A stretch of DNA of 64,000 bases from positions 6,348-70,347 of the IMG/VR virus record IMGVR_UViG_3300009159_000062; one strand, given 5' to 3'. This DNA is from a virus. Position numbers and translations under genes: made by a program. Under the pieces are notes generated by a model. It worked only from the letters and a program-made list of their open reading frames with translations. It was not told where the DNA came from and made no database searches. This document shows positions 10,423 through 20,577 of the stretch, one piece after another; positions within the stretch are counted from its first letter, which is position 1, and the number at the start of each line of letters is the position of its first letter.

Positions 10423-11641
10423 TTGCATCCTCAAAATCTTTATATCTATAATAGCCCTTGTCAAAATCAACTTGAACTAAAAAATCCCCCATAAACCCAT
10501 TGCGATTCTTTCTAAAGGCACATTCAATAATATCGCTATTGGTTGCCCTACCGAGGGCTAGGACCCAGTCAGCATCGTATGCAATCTGTCTAGACCAAGC
10601 AGTTTGTCCAAGGGTTGGAACAGTATTTAAATTAGTAACATCATCGGGAGTAGCAGATGAGATAGCAATAATAGGAACCTCTTCGCTAATAGCCATAAGT
10701 TTAAGTTCTCTTGAAAGGTTTTTCATTCGTACCGTTTCATTTTCAGATTTTTGGTTTGGAGACATTAGTTGTAAATAATCTACAATAACAAAATCTGGCT
10801 TATATTGATCAATTTTTCCACGTACAACGGATGGGTTTACTTCTCCACCGCTATCATTTGAAATAATGTGAAACTCTGGCTTTCCAGCAACATGCTTTTC
10901 ATGCCAAGACTTTAACATGTCCAACTCTATTTCACCATTACTTATCTTTCTGTGAGACCAAACGCCTTCTCCCATAATCGCAAAGATGCGATTTCTAACT
11001 TCAACCTCTGACATCTCAAGACTAATTATAAGTGGAGATCTTCCTTGTTTCCATGCCTGAACCGCAAAATAAAGAGCAAGCCAAGATTTGCCAATTCCTG
11101 GATACGCTAAAAACACACCAAGTTGTCCTGGCATAATTCCAGATGGGAGATAATTGTCAAATCCTGGCAAACCTGTTTTAATTCCGATGCTTCCAGTTTC
11201 TTTCATTTTTTGCATTTGTGTATAGTATGCAATAGCAGATTCTAAATCTGTTGCATCAATATCTTTAATTGCTGCAGTATTCTTTTTTAATTCAGATGTT
11301 TTAGTTATTAGTCCGTTAAGGGCATTATCGCCATTTCCATTTTGAACATCAGATGCAGCAGATCTTAATATATCCTTTAAACTATCGTTTAGGTATTCTG
11401 ATTGCAATTCTTCTAAGTGATATTTGGTAGCACCAACACCTTCAACAATTTGAAAGTCTCTAAATTTTTCTACAATTAAAGAATATGGCGGAACTGAATT
11501 ATTTGCCTCATGATATTTTCTAATAAATGCCCACAGGTCCGTGTGGGTTCTTAATAAGTTTTCTACATTTGCTTGCAACAAAACGTGCATTTGTTTATCG
11601 CCTAATAAGGCGGATATTAATTTAGCCTCTGTATTATTCAC
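10409..11641 (-). CDS. dnaB: DnaB-like replicative helicase
   Basis: AYPGIGKS, SLEMS, IVDYLQLM, SRELK, QIAYDAD, KNRNG. Confidence 0.92.
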   Translation of the reverse strand: MNNTEAKLISALLGDKQMHVLLQANVENLLRTHTDLWAFIRKYHEANNSVPPYSLIVEKFRDFQIVEGVGATKYHLEELQSEYLNDSLKDILRSAASDVQNGNGDNALNGLITKTSELKKNTAAIKDIDATDLESAIAYYTQMQKMKETGSIGIKTGLPGFDNYLPSGIMPGQLGVFLAYPGIGKSWLALYFAVQAWKQGRSPLIISLEMSEVEVRNRIFAIMGEGVWSHRKISNGEIELDMLKSWHEKHVAGKPEFHIISNDSGGEVNPSVVRGKIDQYKPDFVIVDYLQLMSPNQKSENETVRMKNLSRELKLMAISEEVPIIAISSATPDDVTNLNTVPTLGQTAWSRQIAYDADWVLALGRATNSDIIECAFRKNRNGFMGDFLVQVDFDKGYYRYKDFEDANVKQ

Positions 11642-11942
11642 TTAACCATTCCTTTGCTAATCTTCTTCTTTCTAATCTGTCTTGATCATCTTTAATTTTA
11701 TCTAATTTTGCTTGTAATATTTTCTCACAATTGTACGCAAAGTAATTCCAAGAAGGGGACATAGAAACATTAAAATAATAATCCAATAGATCATAACATT
11801 CTCCAATTCCGTAAGACTCTACAAGGGCATCCGCAGCCCACTGCTCTACATTTAAGTTTAGCATAGGCTTTTTTTCGTATTTAGCAGTGTGCAATTTGCT
11901 ATAACGACTTAACAAAGCCATACGCTCTTTGCGTTCAGCCAT
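11634..11942 (-). CDS. hypothetical protein (possible helicase partner)
   Basis: Coupled ORF directly upstream of helicase. Confidence 0.6.
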   Translation of the reverse strand: MAERKERMALLSRYSKLHTAKYEKKPMLNLNVEQWAADALVESYGIGECYDLLDYYFNVSMSPSWNYFAYNCEKILQAKLDKIKDDQDRLERRRLAKEWLSE

Positions 11943-12148
11943 TACTCAGAAATTTCTACTTTAGCCTCTTTGATTTTTTCTGCAAGTTTATTTTCAACAA
12001 AACTATAAACTCTTTCAAAAGCATCGCTAATATTTTCGCCTTCTTTGCGATTATCAACAACGCCAAGATCTAATCTTAAAGATTGAAAATTTCCTAAATT
12101 TAAAGTATAACCCAGTGTAACATTTATTTTTGTTTCTTCGTTATTCAT
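11942..12148 (-). CDS. small hypothetical phage protein (TLNLGNFQSLR motif)
   Basis: SD GGAG, coupled to next gene. Confidence 0.65.
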   Translation of the reverse strand: MNNEETKINVTLGYTLNLGNFQSLRLDLGVVDNRKEGENISDAFERVYSFVENKLAEKIKEAKVEISE

Positions 12149-12164
12149 TATTGTCTCCCAACAA

Positions 12165-12710
12165 CTAGTTTATTGATTCGTTCCAGACTGGAATAAATCT
12201 TCCATCTTCAGTTTTTGTATAAGTAAGTATACCATCGCCCATTTTTCTTGTCAACTCTTGTTTTGTTGGCGTCATATTATTTGTTACCAAACCATCTTTC
12301 CTTGGTTGCCCAATATGTATACTTGCAAGTATATCACGGATCTCTTTTATTTGACTTTCAGAGTAGTATGCTCTAATTTGAAAACCACGCTTTCCATTTT
12401 CAGAACATCCAAGCGGAGGAGGAATCACTCCTCGTCTTATTAGACTTGGCATATACTTTCTATGTCTATTGACAAGTTTAGCAGTTTCTGCTATAGTGTA
12501 TGCCTTTTCTCTATTTTTTTTAAAGTCTAAAATAAAACAAAGTTCAAGTTTATTTTTAATAATATTGTATAACGCAATTGTTCCGTCTGATCTATTATAG
12601 TGGTGAACTCTGACTAGGTCTTTATTTAAAAACCAAACAGCCCTGCTACCTTTAATTATAGATGACTGATTGTACTCTTGGCTTTCAATATTTCCTTTTG
12701 AAGTAGCCAT
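12165..12710 (-). CDS. MerR-like HTH DNA-binding protein
   Basis: YTIAETAKLVNRHRKYM...RRGVIPPP...RAYYSESQI. Confidence 0.6.
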   Translation of the reverse strand: MATSKGNIESQEYNQSSIIKGSRAVWFLNKDLVRVHHYNRSDGTIALYNIIKNKLELCFILDFKKNREKAYTIAETAKLVNRHRKYMPSLIRRGVIPPPLGCSENGKRGFQIRAYYSESQIKEIRDILASIHIGQPRKDGLVTNNMTPTKQELTRKMGDGILTYTKTEDGRFIPVWNESIN

Positions 12711-12847
12711 GCTCCCTCACTCGACGCTGATGGTGGATTATAAAATTTTCTATTTCCACAGGTTAAACAAAAAACTTCTAAATGTTCTGGTCGACTATAT
12801 TGCCTATCAAGAAACATCCTAGACTTACATCTTGAGCATTTAATCAT
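12656..12847 (-). CDS. small zinc-finger protein
   Basis: CSRC...CLTCG. Start MIKC overlaps upstream stop (TAATG). Confidence 0.6.
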   Translation of the reverse strand: MIKCSRCKSRMFLDRQYSRPEHLEVFCLTCGNRKFYNPPSASSEGAWLLQKEILKAKSTISHL

Positions 12848-13290
12848 TAATTGGGAACGCCCACTATAATTAGATTTACCCACAAAGATAAATCTCCAGC
12901 GCTTCCAAACCTTACAACTCCCTCAACACGAGAAGTAGTTACATTCTTTAAAATTACTGAAACATTTTTACCTGCTGGAGTATTACCCACGTTTACTGGA
13001 GTTGCTGTGACAATAGGGGCATACTTAAAATTATTAGTAAAGTTATATGAAAAATCTTTTTCTTGTGCAACAGTTACGGTAGCATTATTATATACCTCTA
13101 CACGACCTGCAACTAAGCCTATCTCGGATGTCTTTAAATTAATCTTATCTTGACTTGTTGTATCAATAGAAGCATAATTAGAGGTGCTTACAGATACCTG
13201 ATTGTACAGAGTATTAACTGCATCGGCTAATGAATTTATATAGGTCAAATCTAAGGGTTGACCTCTTTCTGGTAGTGGTATTTTTGCCAT
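12847..13290 (-). CDS. tail-tip/fibre-associated protein
   Basis: End of tail operon, beta-rich C-terminal domain (FKYAPIVTAT...VNLIIVG). Confidence 0.5.
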   Translation of the reverse strand: MAKIPLPERGQPLDLTYINSLADAVNTLYNQVSVSTSNYASIDTTSQDKINLKTSEIGLVAGRVEVYNNATVTVAQEKDFSYNFTNNFKYAPIVTATPVNVGNTPAGKNVSVILKNVTTSRVEGVVRFGSAGDLSLWVNLIIVGVPN

Positions 13291-13314
13291 TTTTCTCCTT
13301 ATACTATTATAGCA

Positions 13315-13866
13315 TTACAGGTTTTCTGAAGTGCTAATTAAATATGTTGCTGAATCAAATGGACCTTTTATAATAGTTACCTTTTGAATTCTAAATTTAA
13401 TCTCATCTGGTGCGCCTTGTCCGTGTGGATAGGACAGAGAATAACTAGTTCCAGTTGATTTACCAACCCAAATCCAACTACTTAGTGCAGACCCAGTTTT
13501 CCACTGTACATACACGTCAAATTCTGATATTGCTGCTTCTTGCAATTGTAAAATTTGCTCTTCTGGTGACGGGTCGGCAATTAATAATGAGGGCATAGTC
13601 CAAGAAATAGATGCCGTATGTGCTTGATTATTTATATTAATGCTGTACGGAATGTTTGTGGCAACAATATTGTTTGGATCAAATCCAGTCTCATCGCCTG
13701 TATTATTTACGGTAAGTGTAGTAATTGGAGACCAGTGGGAAAACCTATTTTGATCTTCTGAGATAACTCTATATCTTATATTATAGTCTAGGGTTGTGTT
13801 ATTTCCAACAGGGTTTGGCAAGTCTGATTTTTTTATTCTAACCTTCTTTATACCAATATCTACCAT
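13315..13866 (-). CDS. minor tail protein
   Basis: Position in tail operon, beta-rich. Confidence 0.5.
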   Translation of the reverse strand: MVDIGIKKVRIKKSDLPNPVGNNTTLDYNIRYRVISEDQNRFSHWSPITTLTVNNTGDETGFDPNNIVATNIPYSININNQAHTASISWTMPSLLIADPSPEEQILQLQEAAISEFDVYVQWKTGSALSSWIWVGKSTGTSYSLSYPHGQGAPDEIKFRIQKVTIIKGPFDSATYLISTSENL

Positions 13867-14990
13867 TATCCAACACCTATATTAAATTTAAATTCAACAT
13901 AATTACTAGTATTGGTTGACTTAATAATAGTTTTTGCTGTATCGTTTTGAATTACTGAATACCCCACTAATCCGTAGAGTGGGTTTGGAGTATTTAAATT
14001 TTCAAATCTTAAAGCATCTAACACTACATAAAAATTACTTGACACTGAGCCTGAGTCAACTACTGATGCATAAACGTTAACAGTATCTACCGATGTCCAA
14101 GAAAAAGTTGACGACCTGTATAACTGCTGAAGTTGTTTTGTTATAACGCAGTATCTATTATTTTCAAAATCATGCTGGCCACTGGCTGTTCCATTATCTA
14201 TTACAGTTTCAAACCTAGAAAATTTTCCACTGTCTGTACTGTTTGTAAATTCTACAATAATCTTAACTGTATCTGGGACTGATAAAGAATCTCCATCTTT
14301 ATTTATTACAGAAAATGCAAGACGTAACTCATCTGATGGAGAGTTTTTCTCAAAATTTACAGACATCCCACTTGTCTTTATATATTCTGGATTAGATTCA
14401 ACTACAAGGTGTCCAGAAGATGTGGTCATTGTAGAAGAGTCTCCACGGAGAATAATAATATTATTAAAATACCTACATCTTTCATATCTATCTACTCTAT
14501 TAGCATTATAAAAAATTCTATTGTCTGCATTACTTTCAAAAACCTTGGATGTAGTATCTATAACATTATTAGAAAGTTCAGAATCTAGGGGGACTGTAAT
14601 TCTTTCAATATCGCTTGCTGCTGAAGGGGTAATATGTTGCCAATTTTCACCTTGAGAAAAAACAAGAACAGGTCGACTATCATTTGCAGAAGCGCTTGGA
14701 TTTGAACCAGCAGAATATATTCCTACCTCAGATATTTCATATCTTTCATCTGTTGGTAACTCTGCAGTTAATACTAATTTAGATTGACCATTTTCTACAA
14801 CGTATCCCCTCGAACTAATTGGAATACGAAACATTTCAAAATCAAGATTTTGCTTTTCAGAAAAATCTTCTGGAGTATCCATAGTGTCTAGGGGTTTAGA
14901 GCCACAGCCCAAGGCCATATACGAAGCATATGCTGGTGTTTGACCCAATAAATATTTTGCAATAATATACTTACCAGTATTAGTTATCAT
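13866..14990 (-). CDS. minor tail/baseplate protein
   Basis: MITNTG...MALG.G...LTAELP...ISEVGIY resembles fibre/baseplate N-terminal domains. Confidence 0.55.
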   Translation of the reverse strand: MITNTGKYIIAKYLLGQTPAYASYMALGCGSKPLDTMDTPEDFSEKQNLDFEMFRIPISSRGYVVENGQSKLVLTAELPTDERYEISEVGIYSAGSNPSASANDSRPVLVFSQGENWQHITPSAASDIERITVPLDSELSNNVIDTTSKVFESNADNRIFYNANRVDRYERCRYFNNIIILRGDSSTMTTSSGHLVVESNPEYIKTSGMSVNFEKNSPSDELRLAFSVINKDGDSLSVPDTVKIIVEFTNSTDSGKFSRFETVIDNGTASGQHDFENNRYCVITKQLQQLYRSSTFSWTSVDTVNVYASVVDSGSVSSNFYVVLDALRFENLNTPNPLYGLVGYSVIQNDTAKTIIKSTNTSNYVEFKFNIGVG

Positions 14991-15841
14991 GATTCTATCA
15001 CCCCAAGAGTTATACTATATATTGTACCACCTATGCTTATTTGAACTTCTAGTCTTTCGTCTATTTCCATATTTACTAGGTCTATAACTATATCTTGAGT
15101 AGTGGAGTCAACGTAAATGTTTGATCCAGATGGGCCAGAGCCGTTGACTGGAATTTTAGAGTCAAGTTTAATGCTAAAGTTAGAAAAATATTTGTCAGAT
15201 GTGTTCTGTAAGCCAAGTATATTTTTAGAAGAATATTCCTGATTTAAAAACGTTAAATTTTTAATTAATTGATTAGATACGCTATCTCCACTTATCGTAT
15301 CGTGTCTAATTAGTGATAACAACTCTTGCCCACCAATATCTTCAAAAATAAGATCAGTTAATATCTCTACAGGCATTATTGTTGGGTCCCACAATATATT
15401 CTCTGGTGTTGCAGTTTTTATTTTAACTGTGGTTGGGGGTGGCGGTGGTGGTGGCAATTGCGGTATTGGATTTACAAATGCAGAGTACCCACCAAAATTT
15501 CCACTAAAATCATTGCCACCATTGTTATCATTGTTATCATTGTTATTTGGCTGTTCATATTTTACTGCTGGCTCAAGTGGTTGTCCAGGCAGATTTACTT
15601 TTGTTCCAGACCAAATCATATTTCCATTTTTGTATTTTGGATCTGAAGTAAATTTAGGATTTAAATCTTTTAATTCTTTTAAAGATATGCCAGCATCTTT
15701 AGCAATTTGGGAAAGGGTATCTCCTTTTTGAACTGTGTATTTTTCTATTGACTGTTGTTGTGGTGGTGGGGTTGGAGTAGCGGGAGTATAAGTTTGTGCA
15801 GCAGCATGTCTTTCCCAGTTTGCGGAGTCTAAGGCACCCAT
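14987..15841 (-). CDS. LysM-domain minor tail protein
   Basis: YTVQKGDTLSQIAK...LNP...G...LP, Pro-rich linkers. Confidence 0.75.
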   Translation of the reverse strand: MGALDSANWERHAAAQTYTPATPTPPPQQQSIEKYTVQKGDTLSQIAKDAGISLKELKDLNPKFTSDPKYKNGNMIWSGTKVNLPGQPLEPAVKYEQPNNNDNNDNNGGNDFSGNFGGYSAFVNPIPQLPPPPPPPTTVKIKTATPENILWDPTIMPVEILTDLIFEDIGGQELLSLIRHDTISGDSVSNQLIKNLTFLNQEYSSKNILGLQNTSDKYFSNFSIKLDSKIPVNGSGPSGSNIYVDSTTQDIVIDLVNMEIDERLEVQISIGGTIYSITLGVIES

Positions 15842-15842
15842 A

Positions 15843-18800
15843 TTACACCTCCGCCAAATATACTGTCATTTCTGGGCCAGAACCCTTTCTGGAGTATTCA
15901 ATACTATAAACAACAAATTGTGTATCTGGGCTAGAGACAATATCAACATCATCTTTTACATAGTCAACATTAACAAGGTCTCCAAGTTGAAGTATGGGTA
16001 ATGAAAATATGTTGGCTCCTACCATTTTTTTAGGCCTCATAGATTTTTCAATAATCCATCCCAATAAACTTTCTGCATCTGCCGAGGTTTGTATGTATGG
16101 AGTTTCTAAAGAAAAACTATTTATGCCATGGTTTAGCCTGCTTTGTTTAATATAATTATAATCTTTTATGGCAAATAAAGATGATCTAACCGTGGTATTG
16201 TCTAAATTATTTTCTTCTATAAAATTAGACTTTTTATTAAAATAATCATCAACTGAAAATGTATATGTAGTGTCTTGAGTAAAAGTTATTCCCTGAATTC
16301 TTAAATAATTTCCACTAGTTTCATCTAAGTTTAGAGCAGAGTCAGTTGCATTAAATACTAAAAATTCTGCACCATAGGAGTCTGCCTGAAATCCAGAAAC
16401 AACATACCCTTTAATTGTGCTTGGAGTTGGAGAGATTTGTGCATATAGTGCTGGGAAGGCCTTGTCATATTTAATATCAAAATAAGAAACCTCTCTAAAG
16501 ATAGAGCCAAATTCATCATAGTATAGATTATATTGTGGTGGCTGAACCCCAGAAACTCCTTGTAAATATGTAGACTGAATAACACCGCTAAGTGCATATT
16601 TTTTAAAAGAATCATTAGCGTTAATTTTTGTATCTCCGAATATAGCAGATATTGGCCCCGCTACATCAAAGACTGTATTTTGTGAATAGTTTTTGCCTAA
16701 AGCATAAATATTTTCAAACATACATTTTGATGATCCTCGTACAAATAAACACATATTATTGTAGGCTGTTAGTGGCTCTGCATCATCGACAATACCAACC
16801 ATTTTATTATTTACATATAAGTAAAATTTTCTTGTAGTTCCAATATCTACATACTCTACAGATAGATCGTATACTGTAGGATTCTCCTCTCCAGCCAATC
16901 TATATTGACCAGTGAATCTTCCATCATCTACCAAGATGCTAGACAAACCAGACCACATCCTAATTGGAACCGCATTTCCAGAACTATCCTTTTTAATTTT
17001 ATAAAATACAATATTGTATAAATTGATGTCTGTGGAGCCATCAGGACGAATCTTCATGTATGACTCTATATTTTTTTCTGTAAGAGCAACAATTTCAAAA
17101 TAGTATCCGTTATTGGTTTCTGGGTTTACCATAATTCCCATTCCTCCAGAACCACCGCCAATGTTTGCATTTTGGTTAGGCTGTGTAACTGGCAATTGGT
17201 AATAGGTTGTGCTGCCAGATGGGGTCTGTAGTCTGTCTGCACTATTTTCAACTCTTCCAATAATTCTCATTCTTGTGCCAAAACTTTTAAATGAGTTGTT
17301 TAGTGGTTTATAAACATATGATATAAAATCTAATGGTGACACCCCAGACTCAAAAGATGGACCAGACATAACGAGAGCAGAGGACTGAATAGTTCCGCTT
17401 TGAGTAGATAGCAAACTGTTTAATTCAGTTTCTGTTGAATAGTTAGTTGCCATAAAGTTTTTAATTATTCCAGTTCTAGAAGACTTCTTAGCCAAAAGAT
17501 TGTTTACTCCAGCAGCCCCTTCTGTAAGATTTATAGGATACTCTATTTCAGAATTAACGTTAAACAACAAACTAGAGTTCATGTTGCATCCACGAAGATT
17601 TGTATCACTGGTCCAATCAGTTGACAGTCCAGATGTATGCAAAGTTATTGGTGTTCCAAATTGCCCTCTGCCGTGCTCAAACACTGGTCCATTTTTTATT
17701 CTAGTTTCTCCATCTATGATTTCGTAATATGGGTTGCAAAGGATTCTAATTAATCCAGTTGGATATATTTTTCCATTAAAAGGCAAATTACTAAAGTAGT
17801 CCTGATATTCTTGATTACTAGAGATCCATATATTTCCAGTGCCAGAAATATTATACTCAACTGCATCGTATCTGATTATTTCCCCGCTAGAATAAAAATA
17901 TCCTTTATAACGACTTATCCAATATATATTTTCACCAACGTCAAAGGTGTTATTTATTACTGTTCCATTCTCAACAACTGGAGGAGTGTTTGCTAGGTTA
18001 GAATTAAGTGGCAATGCAGCCAATAGAAAGTTTGATTGCTTAGATACTTTATCATTGATTGTTTTTGTTGAGTCATCTCCAGAGGCTTCCCAAAGTAATG
18101 CTGGCTTATATATCCAGGTTTTTTCTTGATCTACTAATGCACTCTGCTTTACTGTACCGTATGACCTTTGAATGTATCGTGATGTATAGTTAATTTTTCC
18201 ATCGTTATATACTTTTTTATCTTGAGACGATATAGAAATGATATTTGGAAGTTGATCTGTTATTGATTTATTTTTAATTGCACCTACAGTAGACTGGTTA
18301 TTACTGCCAATTAATTTTAAGTCAGTTGCCCTCTCATCCTGTTCTGGCATAACATAATTTTTACTCATAATAACAAAATTATTGTATTCATCAAAGAACA
18401 TAGCGGTCTGTGTTGAAATAGCAAGTTGATTTAAAACCTCGGCTAAACTTTGTTCTGGGGCAACAAAAAAATAAGGAATAATTGGGTCTTTTTCTGATCC
18501 TAACCTTTTAAAGGTATAATTAGTAAACCCAACAGAATCTAAAATTGTTGATATTGCAAAACTTAAAGATACATCTGTTAATAAAATTCTTGGTGCTGTA
18601 ATTGACTCAAAATAAAAATAAAAATCACGCAAAGTAATAGAGACGGAAGATCCATCGTTTCCTGTTTGTGGGAAATTGTCAGAGTACAATGTTTTAATTG
18701 GAACAAAATAATTAACGGATAAATCGCCGTTATAGATATTTTCATAAAAAACAAACTTAATATTTTTATTTAAATAATTTTTAATTATGCTATTACTGTT

Positions 18801-19973
18801 ATTTTCATTAAAAGCAAAATCTTCATCAAAAATTGTCACATCTCCTGTAGATGAAAGTAACTGTCCTACAGGAATTGCGCCTTGTGATAAATCTGATAGA
18901 GTTTTGTTAATTTTAAAATCAAGTATTTTATTTGACATATTTACAACAAGTCTGGGAGATAATTCAATTAAATCAAAAGTTGAATCAAATTTGTTCATAG
19001 ACATTACTACAACTCTTATTCCATCTATATAGTCAAACTCGTTATAAAAAAATGTTCCATCTGACTTAGTGGTTTTTAAAGGGTTAGACAGTTCTGTTAC
19101 AAATGGTGTTGAATAATCGATAACCTCAGAGTTTAAAAACCATTCATTATTTGAATAAAATATTTCTAAATATCCATTCGGACCAATAATATCTGAATTA
19201 TCACTACGCCTAGAGTTTTGATTGATATCTAAAATATCAGTCCAGTTATTATTTTTTAATACTTGAACTTTAAATCTGTCTGGGGTTGTTTTATTTAAAT
19301 TTCCATAAAAGGGGTCTTGACGTATTTCTGTGATAGTATTAAAAGATCCCTTGTCTGTGTATCCAACGTTGGTTTGCATTTTAATTACAATTCTATTGCA
19401 AGGAACGCTGTCCTTATAAACAACAAACGGGCAGGCATCGTCTATATAGTTAATATTGTTAACTTTAACCTTGGCAATACCCCTTTCTTTCCCCTCTTCT
19501 TTTCTATAAGATGTCCAGTACTTGAAATCGTCATATCTAGAAGACATGTAATATCTTGGAGAATTATTTCCAAAAATTGTATTTGTAGGAAGATATTTAT
19601 TATTAAAATATGTTGTTTTATTTATGCCAGATCGTGGCCTAAAAGGTTTTAGGCAATCCTCTAAAGAATAATATAGAGATCTTTTTTGATCTTGTGATTT
19701 AAAAACCTGCAAGGTATCATCAATATTATAGGTGTTTTGTATTTGCTCATATGACAACGTTGCGTCGTTATAATAATTTCCATTATCCTCTTGATCAAAA
19801 GTATTTGGAATGTTTTTATATAAACTTTCTGGCTCGTTTGGTCTGTATCGATAGTTTCCTATTGTTTTAATATTTCCTGGTACATTCATATTCCACTCTG
19901 ACAAAATTACAGATCTCATAAACACATCATTTGACTCTGTTAAATATTGGACTAGGTCTCCATTTTGGAACAC
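15843..19973 (-). CDS. large minor tail (hub/central fibre) protein
   Basis: 1376 aa, second gene after tape measure, C-terminal P.LQLGDLV...IEYS. Confidence 0.65.
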   Translation of the reverse strand: MFQNGDLVQYLTESNDVFMRSVILSEWNMNVPGNIKTIGNYRYRPNEPESLYKNIPNTFDQEDNGNYYNDATLSYEQIQNTYNIDDTLQVFKSQDQKRSLYYSLEDCLKPFRPRSGINKTTYFNNKYLPTNTIFGNNSPRYYMSSRYDDFKYWTSYRKEEGKERGIAKVKVNNINYIDDACPFVVYKDSVPCNRIVIKMQTNVGYTDKGSFNTITEIRQDPFYGNLNKTTPDRFKVQVLKNNNWTDILDINQNSRRSDNSDIIGPNGYLEIFYSNNEWFLNSEVIDYSTPFVTELSNPLKTTKSDGTFFYNEFDYIDGIRVVVMSMNKFDSTFDLIELSPRLVVNMSNKILDFKINKTLSDLSQGAIPVGQLLSSTGDVTIFDEDFAFNENNSNSIIKNYLNKNIKFVFYENIYNGDLSVNYFVPIKTLYSDNFPQTGNDGSSVSITLRDFYFYFESITAPRILLTDVSLSFAISTILDSVGFTNYTFKRLGSEKDPIIPYFFVAPEQSLAEVLNQLAISTQTAMFFDEYNNFVIMSKNYVMPEQDERATDLKLIGSNNQSTVGAIKNKSITDQLPNIISISSQDKKVYNDGKINYTSRYIQRSYGTVKQSALVDQEKTWIYKPALLWEASGDDSTKTINDKVSKQSNFLLAALPLNSNLANTPPVVENGTVINNTFDVGENIYWISRYKGYFYSSGEIIRYDAVEYNISGTGNIWISSNQEYQDYFSNLPFNGKIYPTGLIRILCNPYYEIIDGETRIKNGPVFEHGRGQFGTPITLHTSGLSTDWTSDTNLRGCNMNSSLLFNVNSEIEYPINLTEGAAGVNNLLAKKSSRTGIIKNFMATNYSTETELNSLLSTQSGTIQSSALVMSGPSFESGVSPLDFISYVYKPLNNSFKSFGTRMRIIGRVENSADRLQTPSGSTTYYQLPVTQPNQNANIGGGSGGMGIMVNPETNNGYYFEIVALTEKNIESYMKIRPDGSTDINLYNIVFYKIKKDSSGNAVPIRMWSGLSSILVDDGRFTGQYRLAGEENPTVYDLSVEYVDIGTTRKFYLYVNNKMVGIVDDAEPLTAYNNMCLFVRGSSKCMFENIYALGKNYSQNTVFDVAGPISAIFGDTKINANDSFKKYALSGVIQSTYLQGVSGVQPPQYNLYYDEFGSIFREVSYFDIKYDKAFPALYAQISPTPSTIKGYVVSGFQADSYGAEFLVFNATDSALNLDETSGNYLRIQGITFTQDTTYTFSVDDYFNKKSNFIEENNLDNTTVRSSLFAIKDYNYIKQSRLNHGINSFSLETPYIQTSADAESLLGWIIEKSMRPKKMVGANIFSLPILQLGDLVNVDYVKDDVDIVSSPDTQFVVYSIEYSRKGSGPEMTVYLAEV

Positions 19974-19974
19974 A

Positions 19975-20577
19975 CTATACCTCTTCTAAAACAACATTAA
20001 TGTTCCATAAATCTTTTCCATTAAGACCATTTCTCTTAATAACAGAATATGAAAAATCTTTAAAATACATCTGAATTACTTGACTATACTTAGTTTGATT
20101 CACGTATTGATCGTACGCCAAAAATACCCAGAATGGCCCCTGGTTATTGTTATACCAATTTAATAAATCTAGCCCACCTGCTCCACCATCGACCGTGTAT
20201 TGATCTTGACTAGTTATTTCGGTTTGACCAGTTGCATCAAAGTTTGGATATTGTTTAAATGATCTAGATGGCAACATTTGCCAAGAAGTAGCGAGTACAA
20301 TTTTATCAGCAATATTATATGCCCTCATATTTCCATTAATCATTCTTTGTCTATTTTGAATTCTTTCAGATGCAAATGATAACTCTGATCTATTATGGTC
20401 TGATAATATTAAAAAGTTTGCTCTTTCTGATTCTGGGGCATCTTGAAAGTCTGCTCCTGATTCATAACCATCTGGATAATAAAATCCATCAACTAGAGTT
20501 CCTGAATTTTTAGACCATAGTATTGCTTGCGGGGCACCGTATTTTCTTCTGCCATCTAAATATGCTGAATTGGCCAT
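19975..20577 (-). CDS. distal tail-like minor tail protein
   Basis: Directly after tape measure, ends in LEEV. Confidence 0.55.
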   Translation of the reverse strand: MANSAYLDGRRKYGAPQAILWSKNSGTLVDGFYYPDGYESGADFQDAPESERANFLILSDHNRSELSFASERIQNRQRMINGNMRAYNIADKIVLATSWQMLPSRSFKQYPNFDATGQTEITSQDQYTVDGGAGGLDLLNWYNNNQGPFWVFLAYDQYVNQTKYSQVIQMYFKDFSYSVIKRNGLNGKDLWNINVVLEEV

